The translations under genes were made by a program, and so were the position numbers. From Isoptericola halotolerans (GTDB taxonomy: Bacteria; Actinomycetota; Actinomycetes; Actinomycetales; Cellulomonadaceae), in NCBI RefSeq assembly GCF_013149785.1, contig NZ_JABEZU010000001.1, forward strand, positions 1,054,001-1,118,000: a DNA stretch of 64,000 nucleotides, read 5' to 3'. Shown here in pieces: positions 8,343 to 17,040 of this stretch (the stretch's first letter is position 1; the number at the start of each line of letters is the position of its first letter). The notes below the pieces were generated by a model. That model had not been told where the DNA came from. It saw only the letters and a list, made by a program, of their open reading frames with translations, and did no database searches.

Positions 8343-9527
8343 GTGAGCTTCGATCGCAGCCATCTCCCGGCCGAGCTGTCCGGGCACGCGTCGCACCTGG
8401 TCCCCGAGGACCACGCCGCGGTCGGCACCGACGAACCGGACCCCCGGGTCCGCCGTCTCCGGACCCACCGCAGATCGGTGACGCTCGTGGTGTCGATGCT
8501 GACGACCGCCGTCCTCGCCGCGGTCCTGATGGTGCTGCCCATGCCGTACGCCGTCCGCACGCCCGGTCCGACGGAGGACACCCTCGGCGTCCAGGACCGG
8601 GGCGCGGGGCAGAGCGCGAGCGAGCTCCCGCTGATCGCGATCTCGGGCGCCGAGACCTATCCCGCCTCGGGAGAGCTGCGGCTGACCACGGTGTCGGTGT
8701 ACGGCGGGCCCGGTGGCGACGTGCTGATCGGGGACGTGCTGTGGGGCTGGACGTCCCCGGAGCGTTCGGTCCAGCCCGTCGAGCTCGTCTTCCCCGAGCC
8801 GGTCACCCAGGAGGAGCAGCAGCAGCAGGGACAGGCGCAGATGATCAGCTCCCAGGAGTCCGCCACCGTGGCCGCCCTGACCGAGCTGGGCTACGAGGTG
8901 CCGACCGAGATGACCGTGGTCGCCGCCGCCGAGGGCACCGGGGCGGACGGCGTGATCGAGCCGCAGGACGTCATCGTGTCGCTCGACGGGGAGTCGTTGG
9001 AGAGCTATCCGGAGCTGCTCGCCGAGCTCGACGGGGTGGTGCCGGGCGCCGACGTCGTCCTGGGCGTGGAGCGGGACGGCGAGGTCACGGACCTGACGAT
9101 CACGACGGGCGCGGGCGACGGTCGTGCGCTGCTGGGTGTCCTCATCGACCCGGTGTACGACTTCCCGGTCGACGTGACCATCCAGATCGAGGACATCGGC
9201 GGGCCGAGCGCCGGCACGATGTTCGCGCTCGGCATCATCGACCTGTTGACGCCGCAGGACGAGCTGGACGGGGCGGTCGTCGCGGGGACGGGGACCATGG
9301 ACGTCGACGGCCGGGTCGGTCCGATCGGCGGCATCGGGCAGAAGATGTACGGCGCGCTGCGCGACGGAGCCGAGTGGTTCCTCGCCCCCGCGGACAACTG
9401 TGCCGAGGTGGCGGGGAACGAGCCCGACGGGCTCGAGGTGGTGTCGGTGAGCACCCTCGCCGAGGCGCGCGCGGCGATGGTGGCCATCGGCGCGGGGGAG
9501 GGCGCGGACCTGCCGCGCTGCCGGTGA
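8343..9527 (+). CDS. YlbL-family PDZ/Lon-protease domain membrane protein
   Basis: N-terminal TM, PDZ region, IGGPSAGTMFALG (Lon Ser), GPIGGIGQKM (Lys). Confidence 0.9.
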   Translation: MSFDRSHLPAELSGHASHLVPEDHAAVGTDEPDPRVRRLRTHRRSVTLVVSMLTTAVLAAVLMVLPMPYAVRTPGPTEDTLGVQDRGAGQSASELPLIAISGAETYPASGELRLTTVSVYGGPGGDVLIGDVLWGWTSPERSVQPVELVFPEPVTQEEQQQQGQAQMISSQESATVAALTELGYEVPTEMTVVAAAEGTGADGVIEPQDVIVSLDGESLESYPELLAELDGVVPGADVVLGVERDGEVTDLTITTGAGDGRALLGVLIDPVYDFPVDVTIQIEDIGGPSAGTMFALGIIDLLTPQDELDGAVVAGTGTMDVDGRVGPIGGIGQKMYGALRDGAEWFLAPADNCAEVAGNEPDGLEVVSVSTLAEARAAMVAIGAGEGADLPRCR

Positions 9528-9584
9528 ACCGCCGATCGTGACCGCTTCGTGAGGGTCACGGCCCACTCGTGTGCAGGAATCGTG

Positions 9585-9611
9585 GGAACCTGGGGAGACG
9601 CCGGGGCGTTG
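9585..9611 (+). promoter_or_regulatory. Putative SigH/SigR/SigE-type ECF promoter for the UPF0182 gene
   Basis: GGAAC (9585-9589)-N17-CGTTG (9607-9611), about 60 nt before the start codon. Confidence 0.55.
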
Positions 9612-9672
9612 ACCAGACGTCCCCGCGTGTCTGCACGTGTCCCGTCCCGAGCACGAATGAGGTGCCCGCACC

Positions 9673-12600
9673 GTGTCCTTCGCCCCACCCCGTCGACCCG
9701 ACGGACCGCCGCCAGTGAGGCGTCGGAGCCCGCTGCTGATCACGGTCGTGGTCCTGGCGGCCGTCGTCGCCGCACTCATCTTCCTGGCGACCTTCTGGAC
9801 CGAGGTCCTGTGGTTCACGCAGGTCGGCTTCGCCAACGTCATCTGGACGCAGTGGATCGCCCGCGCCGTCCTGTTCGTCGTCGCCTTCCTGATCATGGGC
9901 GCAGCGGTGTTCAGCTCATTCACGATCGGCTACCGCTCGCGGCCCGTCTATGCGCCGTCGACGCCGGAGCAGGCGACGCTCGACCAGTACCGCGAGGCGG
10001 TCGAACCGCTGCGCAAGATCGTCACGTACGCCGGCCCGGTCGTGATCGCGTTCTTCGCGGGTGTGGCCGCCTCGTCGCAGTGGCGCACCGTGCTGCTGGC
10101 CCTCAACGGGCAGTCGTTCGGGCAGTCGGACCCGGAGTTCGGCATCGACATCGGCTTCTACGTCTTCACGTTGCCCGTGGTGCGCTTCGCCGTCAGCTTC
10201 TTCATGGCGGTCGTGGTCATCTCGGCCATCGCCGCGGTGGTGACGCACTACCTGTACGGCGGGCTGCGGATCGGTGCGCTGCCGGCCGGGATGTCGCGGA
10301 CTACGACGGCGGCCCGCATCCATCTCGCCGTGCTCGGTGCCGTCCTGATGCTGCTCATCGCGGCGAACTACTGGCTCGACCGGTACAGCATCCTCACGAA
10401 CTCGAACGAGCGGTACGACGGCGCCTCGTACACGGACGTGCACGCGGTGATCCCGTCCAAGGAGATCCTCATGGGGGTCGCCGTCCTGGTCGCCGCGCTC
10501 TTCGTGGCCGCCGCCTTCCGGGACACGTGGCGGCTGCCGGCGATCGGTGTGGGCCTCATGGTGGTCTCCGCGATCGCGATCGGCGGGATCTACCCCTCGA
10601 TCGTCCAGCGCTTCCAGGTGGACCCGAACGCCCAGTCGCTCGAGGCGCCGTACATCCAGCGCAACATCGACGCCACGCTCGAGGCGTTCGCGATCGACGA
10701 GATCGAGTCCCAGCAGTACGACGCCACCACCGAGGTCACGGCGGGCCAGCTGCGCGACGACGCCGCGACCACGGCGTCCGTGCGACTGCTCGACCCCCAG
10801 GTCGTCAGCCCCTCGTTCCGCCAGCTCCAGCAGAACAAGCAGTTCTACAACTTCACCGAGAACCTGTCGGTCGACCGGTACGAGATCGACGGCGAGTCGC
10901 GCGACACCGTGATCGCGGTGCGTGAGCTCAACCTCGACGGCCTGGGCGAGCGGAACTGGACCGTCGACCACACGGTGTACACGCACGGCTTCGGCGTCGT
11001 CGCGGCCTACGGCAACCAGCCGGGTCCGGACGGTCAGCCCGCGTTCTTCGAGGGGGGCATCCCGACGCAGGGCGCGCTCACCGACATGTTCTCGGACGGC
11101 TACGAGCCGCGGATCTACTTCAGCCCGGAGGCGCCGACGTACTCGATCGTCGGTGCGCCGGAGGACGTCGACCCGTGGGAGCTCGACTACCAGGCCGACG
11201 ACGAGGGCGGTCGCCAGGTGCTGTACCAGTTCCCGACGGACGAGGTCTCGGCCGGCCCGGAGATCGGGACGTTCGTCCAGAAGCTGCTGTACGCGCTGAA
11301 GTTCGGCGACGAGCAGATCTTCTTCTCAGACCGTGTCACGGAGGCCTCCCAGATCCTCTACGACCGGGACCCGCAGGAGCGCGTGGCCAAGGTCGCCCCG
11401 TGGCTGACCCTGGACAACAAGGTGTACCCGGCGGTCGTGGACGGTCGCGTCAAGTGGATCGTCGACGCCTACACGACCACCGACGCCTACCCGTACTCGA
11501 CGGCGGCACCGATGCAGGAGGCGACCACCGACTCGCTGACGCTCGCCGCGCAGGGTGTCCCGGTCGACCTGCCCCCGGAGGTCAACTACATCCGCAACTC
11601 GGTCAAGGCGACCGTCGACGCGTACGACGGCACCGTGACGCTCTACGCCTGGGACGAGGAGGACCCGCTGCTGCAGGCCTGGAGCCAGGTCTTCCCCGAC
11701 TCGCTGCAGCCGATCTCGGAGATCTCCGGCGACCTCATGTCGCACGTGCGGTACCCGGAGGACTTCTTCAAGGTGCAGCGGACGCTCCTGGAGCGGTACC
11801 ACGTCACCGATGCGGTGCAGCTGTTCTCCGGCTCGGACGAGTGGAGGACCCCGGAGGACCCCGTCGCCGCGTCCGATGCGGCGGCGTCCAAGCAGCCCCC
11901 GTACTACCTGACGCTGCAGATGCCGGGTCAGGACGAGTCGGCGTTCTCCTTGACGAGCACGTTCATCCCCGGTGGCAACACCGACCGGGAGATCTTGACG
12001 GGCTATCTCGCGGCCGACGCCGACGCCGGCTCGGCCGAGGGTGAGGTCGCCGAGGGGTACGGCACGTTGCGGCTGCTCGAGCTGCCTCGTGACGCGACGG
12101 TCCCCGGACCGGGTCAGGTGCAGAACAACTTCAACTCGAACCCGACCATCTCCGAGCAGCTCAACATCCTGGGCCGCGGGGACTCCGTGGTGGTGCGTGG
12201 GAACCAGCTGACGCTGCCGGTGGGCGGTGGCCTGCTGTACGTGCAGCCGGTCTACATCCAGTCGGCGGAGGGCACGCAGTTCCCGCTGCTGCGGCGCGTG
12301 CTCGTGGCCTTCGGTGACCAGACGGGTTACGCGGAGACGCTGGACGAAGCACTCGACCAGGTGTTCGGCGGTGACTCCGGTGTCCAGGCCGGGGACGCCG
12401 ACGAGGCGGAGACGGACGTGCCGACCGACGTCCCGACGGACGAGATCACGGACCCGGCGGCAGAGCCGACGGCCGAGCCGGAGGACCCGGAGACGCCGGC
12501 GGAGACCGAGGAGCCGGCCGAGACAGAGGCTCCTGCGGCGCCGACGGGTGACGCGCAGGCTCGCCTGAACGCTGCGTTGGCCGACGCCAACGAGGCCCTC

Positions 12601-12717
12601 ACGGACGGCCAGACGGCGCTCGAGAGGGGCGACTGGACGGCGTACGGCGAGGCTCAGGAGCGTCTGCAGACGGCGCTGGAGCAGGCGCTCGCGGCCGAGG
12701 AGGAGCTCGAGGGCTGA
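9673..12717 (+). CDS. UPF0182 family membrane protein
   Basis: Multi-TM N-terminus, DPEFGIDIGFYVFTLP, YTHGFG, NYIRNSVKATVDAYDG, HVRYPEDFFKVQR. Confidence 0.95.
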   Translation: MSFAPPRRPDGPPPVRRRSPLLITVVVLAAVVAALIFLATFWTEVLWFTQVGFANVIWTQWIARAVLFVVAFLIMGAAVFSSFTIGYRSRPVYAPSTPEQATLDQYREAVEPLRKIVTYAGPVVIAFFAGVAASSQWRTVLLALNGQSFGQSDPEFGIDIGFYVFTLPVVRFAVSFFMAVVVISAIAAVVTHYLYGGLRIGALPAGMSRTTTAARIHLAVLGAVLMLLIAANYWLDRYSILTNSNERYDGASYTDVHAVIPSKEILMGVAVLVAALFVAAAFRDTWRLPAIGVGLMVVSAIAIGGIYPSIVQRFQVDPNAQSLEAPYIQRNIDATLEAFAIDEIESQQYDATTEVTAGQLRDDAATTASVRLLDPQVVSPSFRQLQQNKQFYNFTENLSVDRYEIDGESRDTVIAVRELNLDGLGERNWTVDHTVYTHGFGVVAAYGNQPGPDGQPAFFEGGIPTQGALTDMFSDGYEPRIYFSPEAPTYSIVGAPEDVDPWELDYQADDEGGRQVLYQFPTDEVSAGPEIGTFVQKLLYALKFGDEQIFFSDRVTEASQILYDRDPQERVAKVAPWLTLDNKVYPAVVDGRVKWIVDAYTTTDAYPYSTAAPMQEATTDSLTLAAQGVPVDLPPEVNYIRNSVKATVDAYDGTVTLYAWDEEDPLLQAWSQVFPDSLQPISEISGDLMSHVRYPEDFFKVQRTLLERYHVTDAVQLFSGSDEWRTPEDPVAASDAAASKQPPYYLTLQMPGQDESAFSLTSTFIPGGNTDREILTGYLAADADAGSAEGEVAEGYGTLRLLELPRDATVPGPGQVQNNFNSNPTISEQLNILGRGDSVVVRGNQLTLPVGGGLLYVQPVYIQSAEGTQFPLLRRVLVAFGDQTGYAETLDEALDQVFGGDSGVQAGDADEAETDVPTDVPTDEITDPAAEPTAEPEDPETPAETEEPAETEAPAAPTGDAQARLNAALADANEALTDGQTALERGDWTAYGEAQERLQTALEQALAAEEELEG

Positions 12718-12729
12718 CGCCGACCGGAC

Positions 12730-12762
12730 GGGTGGGGCGCGGGTGTGACCTGCGTCCCACCC
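12730..12762 (+). terminator. Terminator-like hairpin after UPF0182
   Basis: gggtggggcgcgggt-gtg-acctgcgtcccaccc, with G-U pairs. Confidence 0.55.
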
Positions 12763-12816
12763 GCCCGGGCCGGTTGGACTTCGGGCCGTCGGGTGCCGTA
12801 ATGTTCCAGACATCGC

Positions 12817-12890
12817 CGCGGGGTGGAGCAGTTCGGTAGCTCGCTGGGCTCATAACCCAGAGGTCGCAGGTTCAAATCCTGCCCCCGCTA
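12817..12890 (+). tRNA. tRNA-fMet (CAT), copy 1
   Basis: Cloverleaf, anticodon CAT, three G-C pairs in the anticodon stem, C1 mismatch; CCA not encoded. Confidence 0.97.
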
Positions 12891-12919
12891 CTCAGAGGAT
12901 CGCGTCAGGCGGTCCGCCT

Positions 12920-12953
12920 CGAAAGGCCCTCGGAAACTTCCGGGGGCCTTTCG
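12920..12953 (+). terminator. Intrinsic terminator of tRNA copy 1
   Basis: cgaaaggccctcgga-aact-tccgggggcctttcg. Confidence 0.75.
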
Positions 12954-12991
12954 CTGTGTCGTGCCGTTGTGTCGTGCCGCTGTGTCGTGGG
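12953..12991. repeat. 3 x 13-bp tandem repeat
   Basis: gctgtgtcgtgcc / gttgtgtcgtgcc / gctgtgtcgtggg. Confidence 0.8.
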
Positions 12992-13047
12992 TCGCACGCT
13001 GCCAGGTGGATCCTGCACCAGGGATGCCGTAGTGTTCGAGACATCGC

Positions 13048-13121
13048 CGCGGGGTGGAGCAGTTCGGTAGCTCGCTGGGCTCATAACCCAGAGGTCGCAG
13101 GTTCAAATCCTGCCCCCGCTA
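13048..13121 (+). tRNA. tRNA-fMet (CAT), copy 2
   Basis: Identical to copy 1, offset by 231 bp. Confidence 0.97.
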
Positions 13122-13150
13122 CTCAGAGGATCGCGTCAGGCGGTCCGCCT

Positions 13151-13184
13151 CGAGAGGCCCTCGGAATCTTCCGGGGGCCTCTCG
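13151..13184 (+). terminator. Intrinsic terminator of tRNA copy 2
   Basis: cgagaggccctcgga-atct-tccgggggcctctcg. Confidence 0.7.
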
Positions 13185-13281
13185 GCGTCCCGGTGCCGAG
13201 ATGCGACCACCGTGACGTCGGGGTCACGATGGCGCCGAGGCGACCGCCGTCGGGTGGCCGCCGGTGCGAAGGGAGAGAACC

Positions 13282-13551
13282 GTGCCGCGACGAGACCCCG
13301 GCCCCAGCGTGAAGGACGACGAGCTCTACGAGAAGCTCCGCGACGAGGGCAGCAGCAAGCAGAAGGCGGCGCGCATCGCGAACGCCGCGGCCAACGAGGG
13401 TCGCAGCAGTGTGGGCGCCAAGGGCGGTCGCTCCGGGTCCTACGAGGACTGGACGGTCGACGACCTCAGAGGACGCGCCGCCGAGATCGGGATCGACGGG
13501 CGGTCGAGCATGACCAAGGACGAGTTGATCGACGCGTTGCGCTCGCACTGA
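13282..13551 (+). CDS. Small Rho_N-like domain protein
   Basis: PGPSVKDDELYEKLRDEG...KAARIANA...YEDWTVDDLRGRAAEIGIDGRSSMTKDELIDALR; SD gggagag. Confidence 0.82.
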   Translation: MPRRDPGPSVKDDELYEKLRDEGSSKQKAARIANAAANEGRSSVGAKGGRSGSYEDWTVDDLRGRAAEIGIDGRSSMTKDELIDALRSH

Positions 13552-13674
13552 GCTGCGACAGCGGTCGGCCGACGTGGTCACGCGCGACGACCGGACCTCC
13601 GGCACGCGAGCCCCCCGTTCCGGGCGCACCATGGAGGCACACCAGGTGCTCGACGACGCGACGGAGGGATCATC

Positions 13675-14178
13675 ATGAAGGCCTCGGTGGGCGACAGGAT
13701 CGTGACGGCCGCCGGAGTGGTCGGGGGAGCGGTGCGCGACGGCGTCGTGGTGGAGTGTCCTCACGAGGACGGTTCCCCGCCGTACCGGGTGCGGTGGTCG
13801 GACACGGGCGAGGAGACGCTGGTGTTCCCCGGTCCGGACTCCCTCGTGCAGCCCACCGACGACGATGCCGGTGACCAGGTGCCCGACGTGCGCCCGGCGC
13901 GTGCGGTGACCTGGCAGGTGCAGGTGGCGCTGGTGGAGGCAGCGGGGAGCACCACGGCCGAGGCGGTGCTGGTGGCCGGCCCACCCGAGCACTCCGACGT
14001 GGGTGCGCTGCGGGCGGTCGGCCACGCGCGCAAGGACCCGGATGACGCCGAGGTGCCCGTCATCGGCGACGAGGTGGCGGCCGGCCGGGCGCTCCGGCGC
14101 CTGGCCGACACCCTGCTCGGCCAGGCAGAGGCCGACATCGCCGCGTCGACGGGGCAGCAGGGGCACGTGCACGCCTGA
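13675..14178 (+). CDS. DUF1918 + DUF1876 (dsRBD-like fold) fusion protein
   Basis: N-half MKASVGDR...DGSPPYRVRWSDTGEETLVFPGPD; C-half GHARKDPDDAEVPVIGDEVAAGRAL. Confidence 0.8.
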   Translation: MKASVGDRIVTAAGVVGGAVRDGVVVECPHEDGSPPYRVRWSDTGEETLVFPGPDSLVQPTDDDAGDQVPDVRPARAVTWQVQVALVEAAGSTTAEAVLVAGPPEHSDVGALRAVGHARKDPDDAEVPVIGDEVAAGRALRRLADTLLGQAEADIAASTGQQGHVHA

Positions 14179-14187
14179 GTCGCAGGC

Positions 14188-14727
14188 TCAGGCGAGCGCG
14201 TCCCGTCGCAGTCGGAGGTGCGCGCGCTCGGCCTCGTTCCCGCAGAGGGCGCACGCGGCGTCGTAGGCGTCGCGCGCCTCGTCCGTGCGTCCGGCCCGGG
14301 CCAGCAGCTCGGCACGGACGGCGGGGAGCCGATGGCCGCGCAGCACGACGTCGGCCAGTGCGTCCAGCCCGGCGTCCGGACCGTGCACCTCGCTGACCGC
14401 GACGGCCCGGTTGAGCCGGACGACGGGGCTGCCCGTCAGCCCGACGAGCTCGTCGTAGCGGGCCAGGATCCGGTCCCAGGCCGTCGCGGTCGGTTGCGGG
14501 GCGATGGCGTGCTCGGCGGCGATGAGGGCCTGCAGCAGCATGAGGGCCAGCAGCGCATCGAGCTCGCGTCGGTCCGCCGTGGGCGGCAGGACGTCACGCA
14601 GCACGCGGACCAGACGGATCGCCTCGCCCGCCAGGTCGACCCGGACGACGGCGTCGCCGGAGCCGGGCGTGTACCCGGCGGTGAAGGCCAGGTAGGCGAT
14701 GTCGGCGACGTCGTCGGTGGACGTCAC
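14188..14727 (-). pseudogene. Internally deleted ECF42-type sigma factor (only DUF6596/TPR parts remain)
   Basis: YLAFTAGY...RVDLAGEAIRL...LLALMLLQ joined directly to ALIAAEHA...SPVVRLNRAVA; no sigma2/sigma4 region; GTGA overlap with the upstream DGPF gene. Confidence 0.72.
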
Positions 14728-15110
14728 GCCCCCGCGTCACCCGAGTGGTCGACGACCTGACGGACCTCGACGACGTCCTGCGTGCCCGGGAGGGCGGTGC
14801 CGGCGAGGACGCCGCAGACCTGCAGCAGGTCGTCGAGGTCGTCGGACTCGACGGTGTAGAAGCCGGAGATGTGCTCGGCGGCCTCGGCGTACGGGCCGTC
14901 GGTGACGGAGATGTTTCCGGCGGCGTCCTGGCGGACCGTCGTCGCCGTGTGCGCGGGCATGAGCTCCTCGCCGCCGGTGATCCGGTGGCCGCGTTCTGCC
15001 ATGAGCCGCGCGAACGTCTCGTGGAGGCCGACGACGGTGGCCTTCTGCTCGGCGGTGGCGTTCTCCCAGGAGTCGTCGCTGCCGGGAAGCAGCACGGTGT
15101 AGGTGGTCAT
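14724..15110 (-). CDS. YciI/DGPF family protein
   Basis: ATTVR...VTDGPYAEAAEHISGFY...VEVR; standard partner of ECF42. Confidence 0.9.
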   Translation of the reverse strand: MTTYTVLLPGSDDSWENATAEQKATVVGLHETFARLMAERGHRITGGEELMPAHTATTVRQDAAGNISVTDGPYAEAAEHISGFYTVESDDLDDLLQVCGVLAGTALPGTQDVVEVRQVVDHSGDAGA

Positions 15111-15151
15111 GGTGACATCGTCCTTCCTTCGGGTGGTCCTGACACCTTGAT

Positions 15152-15178
15152 GACGGACGAGGACCGCCCGGATCGACA
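15152..15178 (-). promoter_or_regulatory. Putative ECF42-dependent promoter
   Basis: Minus strand TGTCGA (15178-15173)-N17-CGTC (15155-15152), resembling the ECF42 promoter consensus as I recall it. Confidence 0.55.
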
Positions 15179-15293
15179 TCGTCCGGCACTGTGACGAGCC
15201 GCACGGCCGCGAGGGATGTCAGCGGTACCGTGACGTGTTGTGATGCATCAGGTGGTGCGACCCCGCGCCGCTCCGTGACCTGGAGGATCTCCT

Positions 15294-16166
15294 GTGCGAC
15301 CCCGCCCTGTGCTCGCCGTAGCGTTCGCCCCTGTCGTCGTCCTCGGCCTGGCCGCGTGCGGCCCCGACGACTCTCCCGCGGAACCCGCGACGTCGGCCGG
15401 TACCGAGGCACCCGCCGGAGCGGTCGGCTGCGACGCCGCCGACCTTCCCACGCTGACGTCCGGCACGCTGACCGTCGGCGCGTCCGATCCCTTCGAGCCC
15501 TGGTACGTCGGCGACCCCGCCGGCGGCGAGGGCTTCGAGTCCGCGCTGGTCTACGAGGTGGCGGACCGGCTGGGCTACGCGGCAGAGGACGTCGAGTGGA
15601 CGTCGGTGACCTTCGAGCAGATCGTCTCGCCGGCGATCAAGACGTTCGACATCGCCGCGTACCAGACGACGATCACCGAGGAGCGTGCCGAGGCGGTCGA
15701 CTTCTCCAGCCCGTACCTCACGAGCCGGCAGGGCGTCATCGTGGCCGACGACGGCGACTACGCCGACGCCACCGGCCTGGCGGACCTGGCCGGGGCGAAG
15801 ATCGGTGTGACCGCCTCGCAGACGTCCCTGGCGGCCGCTGAGCAGGCCTGGGGCGAGGACGCCGACGTGGTGCCCTTCAGCGCCGCCGGTGACGGGATGA
15901 CCGCGCTGACCTCGGGCACCGTGGACGCGATGGTGATGGACGTCGACCAGGGCGTGGCCGCCTCCACCGTGTACTTCCCGGACACCAGCGTCGTCGGGAC
16001 GCTGCCCGACGCCGGCGAACCCGAGCAGCTCGGCCTGGTGCTCGACAAGGACTCCGAGCTCACCGCGTGCGTCTCCGCCGCCGTGGACGAGCTGGAGGCC
16101 GACGGCACCCTGGACGAGCTGCGCACGACGTGGCTCGCCTCGGACGACATCGAGCAGCTCTCCTGA
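15294..16166 (+). CDS. Polar amino-acid ABC transporter substrate-binding lipoprotein
   Basis: Lipobox LAAC; GEGFESALVY; ITEERAEAVDFSSPY. Confidence 0.92.
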   Translation: MRPRPVLAVAFAPVVVLGLAACGPDDSPAEPATSAGTEAPAGAVGCDAADLPTLTSGTLTVGASDPFEPWYVGDPAGGEGFESALVYEVADRLGYAAEDVEWTSVTFEQIVSPAIKTFDIAAYQTTITEERAEAVDFSSPYLTSRQGVIVADDGDYADATGLADLAGAKIGVTASQTSLAAAEQAWGEDADVVPFSAAGDGMTALTSGTVDAMVMDVDQGVAASTVYFPDTSVVGTLPDAGEPEQLGLVLDKDSELTACVSAAVDELEADGTLDELRTTWLASDDIEQLS

Positions 16167-16170
16167 GGCG

Positions 16171-17040
16171 ATGACCGACTGGCAGCCGTCGGAGCTCGCC
16201 CGGGAGCGAGAGGCCTTCCGCCGCACCCAGCGGCGCCGGGCGCTCGCCGTGGCGACCGTGGCGACCGCCGTCGTCGTGGGAGCGGTCGCGTACGTCGTGG
16301 CCACGGCGCCGGGCTGGGAACGCGCACGGCAGGCGTTCTTCTCGCCCGAGCGTGCCGTCGAGGTGCTGCCCGAGGTCGCCGAAGGGCTGCTGCTCAACCT
16401 GCGCGTGTGGGTCGTCGCCTCGGTGGTCGGGCTCGTGGTCGGCCTGCTGCTGGCCGTGGTCCGCACCTCGCGGCTGCCCGCGCTCTTCCCGCTGCGGGTG
16501 CTGACGGTGGTCTACGTGGACGTCTTCCGCGGCGTGCCGGTCCTGCTGGTGCTCCTGCTGGCCGGCTTCGGGCTGCCCGCCCTGCGCCTCGAGTGGTTGC
16601 CGGTGAGCGCGGCGTTCCTGGGCGGGCTCGCGATCGTGCTGACGTACACGGCCTACCTGGCGGAGATCTTCCGCGCGGGTATCGAGTCGGTGCACCCCTC
16701 GCAGGTGGCGGCCGCACGCTCGCTCGGTCTCTCCCGTGGGCAGACGGTGCGCCGGGTCGTGCTGCCGCAGGCGGTCCGCAACGTCACGGCGCCGACGGCC
16801 AGCACGCTCGTCTCCCTGCAGAAGGACTCGGGCCTCATCTCGATCCTGGGTGCCGTGGACGCCATCCGGGCCGCGCAGATCGCGACCACCGGGGACTACA
16901 ACTTCACGCCCTACGTCGTGGCCGGCCTGCTGTTCCTCCTGCTGTCGATCCCGCTCACGCGTCTGGTGGACGCCTGGTCCGCGCGGCAGGGCTGGCGCGG
17001 CCGCCTGCGCGGCGTGAGCGGCGGCGGGGTGATCCGATGA
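16171..17040 (+). CDS. Polar amino-acid ABC transporter permease
   Basis: YVDVFRGVP, AYLAEIFRAGIESV, AARSLGLS, VVLPQA. Confidence 0.93.
   Translation: MTDWQPSELAREREAFRRTQRRRALAVATVATAVVVGAVAYVVATAPGWERARQAFFSPERAVEVLPEVAEGLLLNLRVWVVASVVGLVVGLLLAVVRTSRLPALFPLRVLTVVYVDVFRGVPVLLVLLLAGFGLPALRLEWLPVSAAFLGGLAIVLTYTAYLAEIFRAGIESVHPSQVAAARSLGLSRGQTVRRVVLPQAVRNVTAPTASTLVSLQKDSGLISILGAVDAIRAAQIATTGDYNFTPYVVAGLLFLLLSIPLTRLVDAWSARQGWRGRLRGVSGGGVIR

Noticed and set aside
12400..12545. Repetitive E/P/T/A-rich coding stretch in UPF0182
   Set aside because: Ordinary low-complexity linker near the C-terminus of this family.
12953..12991. Short tandem repeats as a possible CRISPR array (also 27462-27490 and 38743-38768)
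   Set aside because: Units are 9-15 bp, there are no unique spacers, and no cas genes are present.
12654..13106. Two ORFs starting MNLRPLGYEPSELPNCSTPR
   Set aside because: Antisense translations of the two tRNA-Met genes.
12817..13184. Duplicated tRNA as attL/attR of an integrated element
   Set aside because: Both copies are complete with their own promoter and terminator, only 231 bp apart, and no integrase is present.
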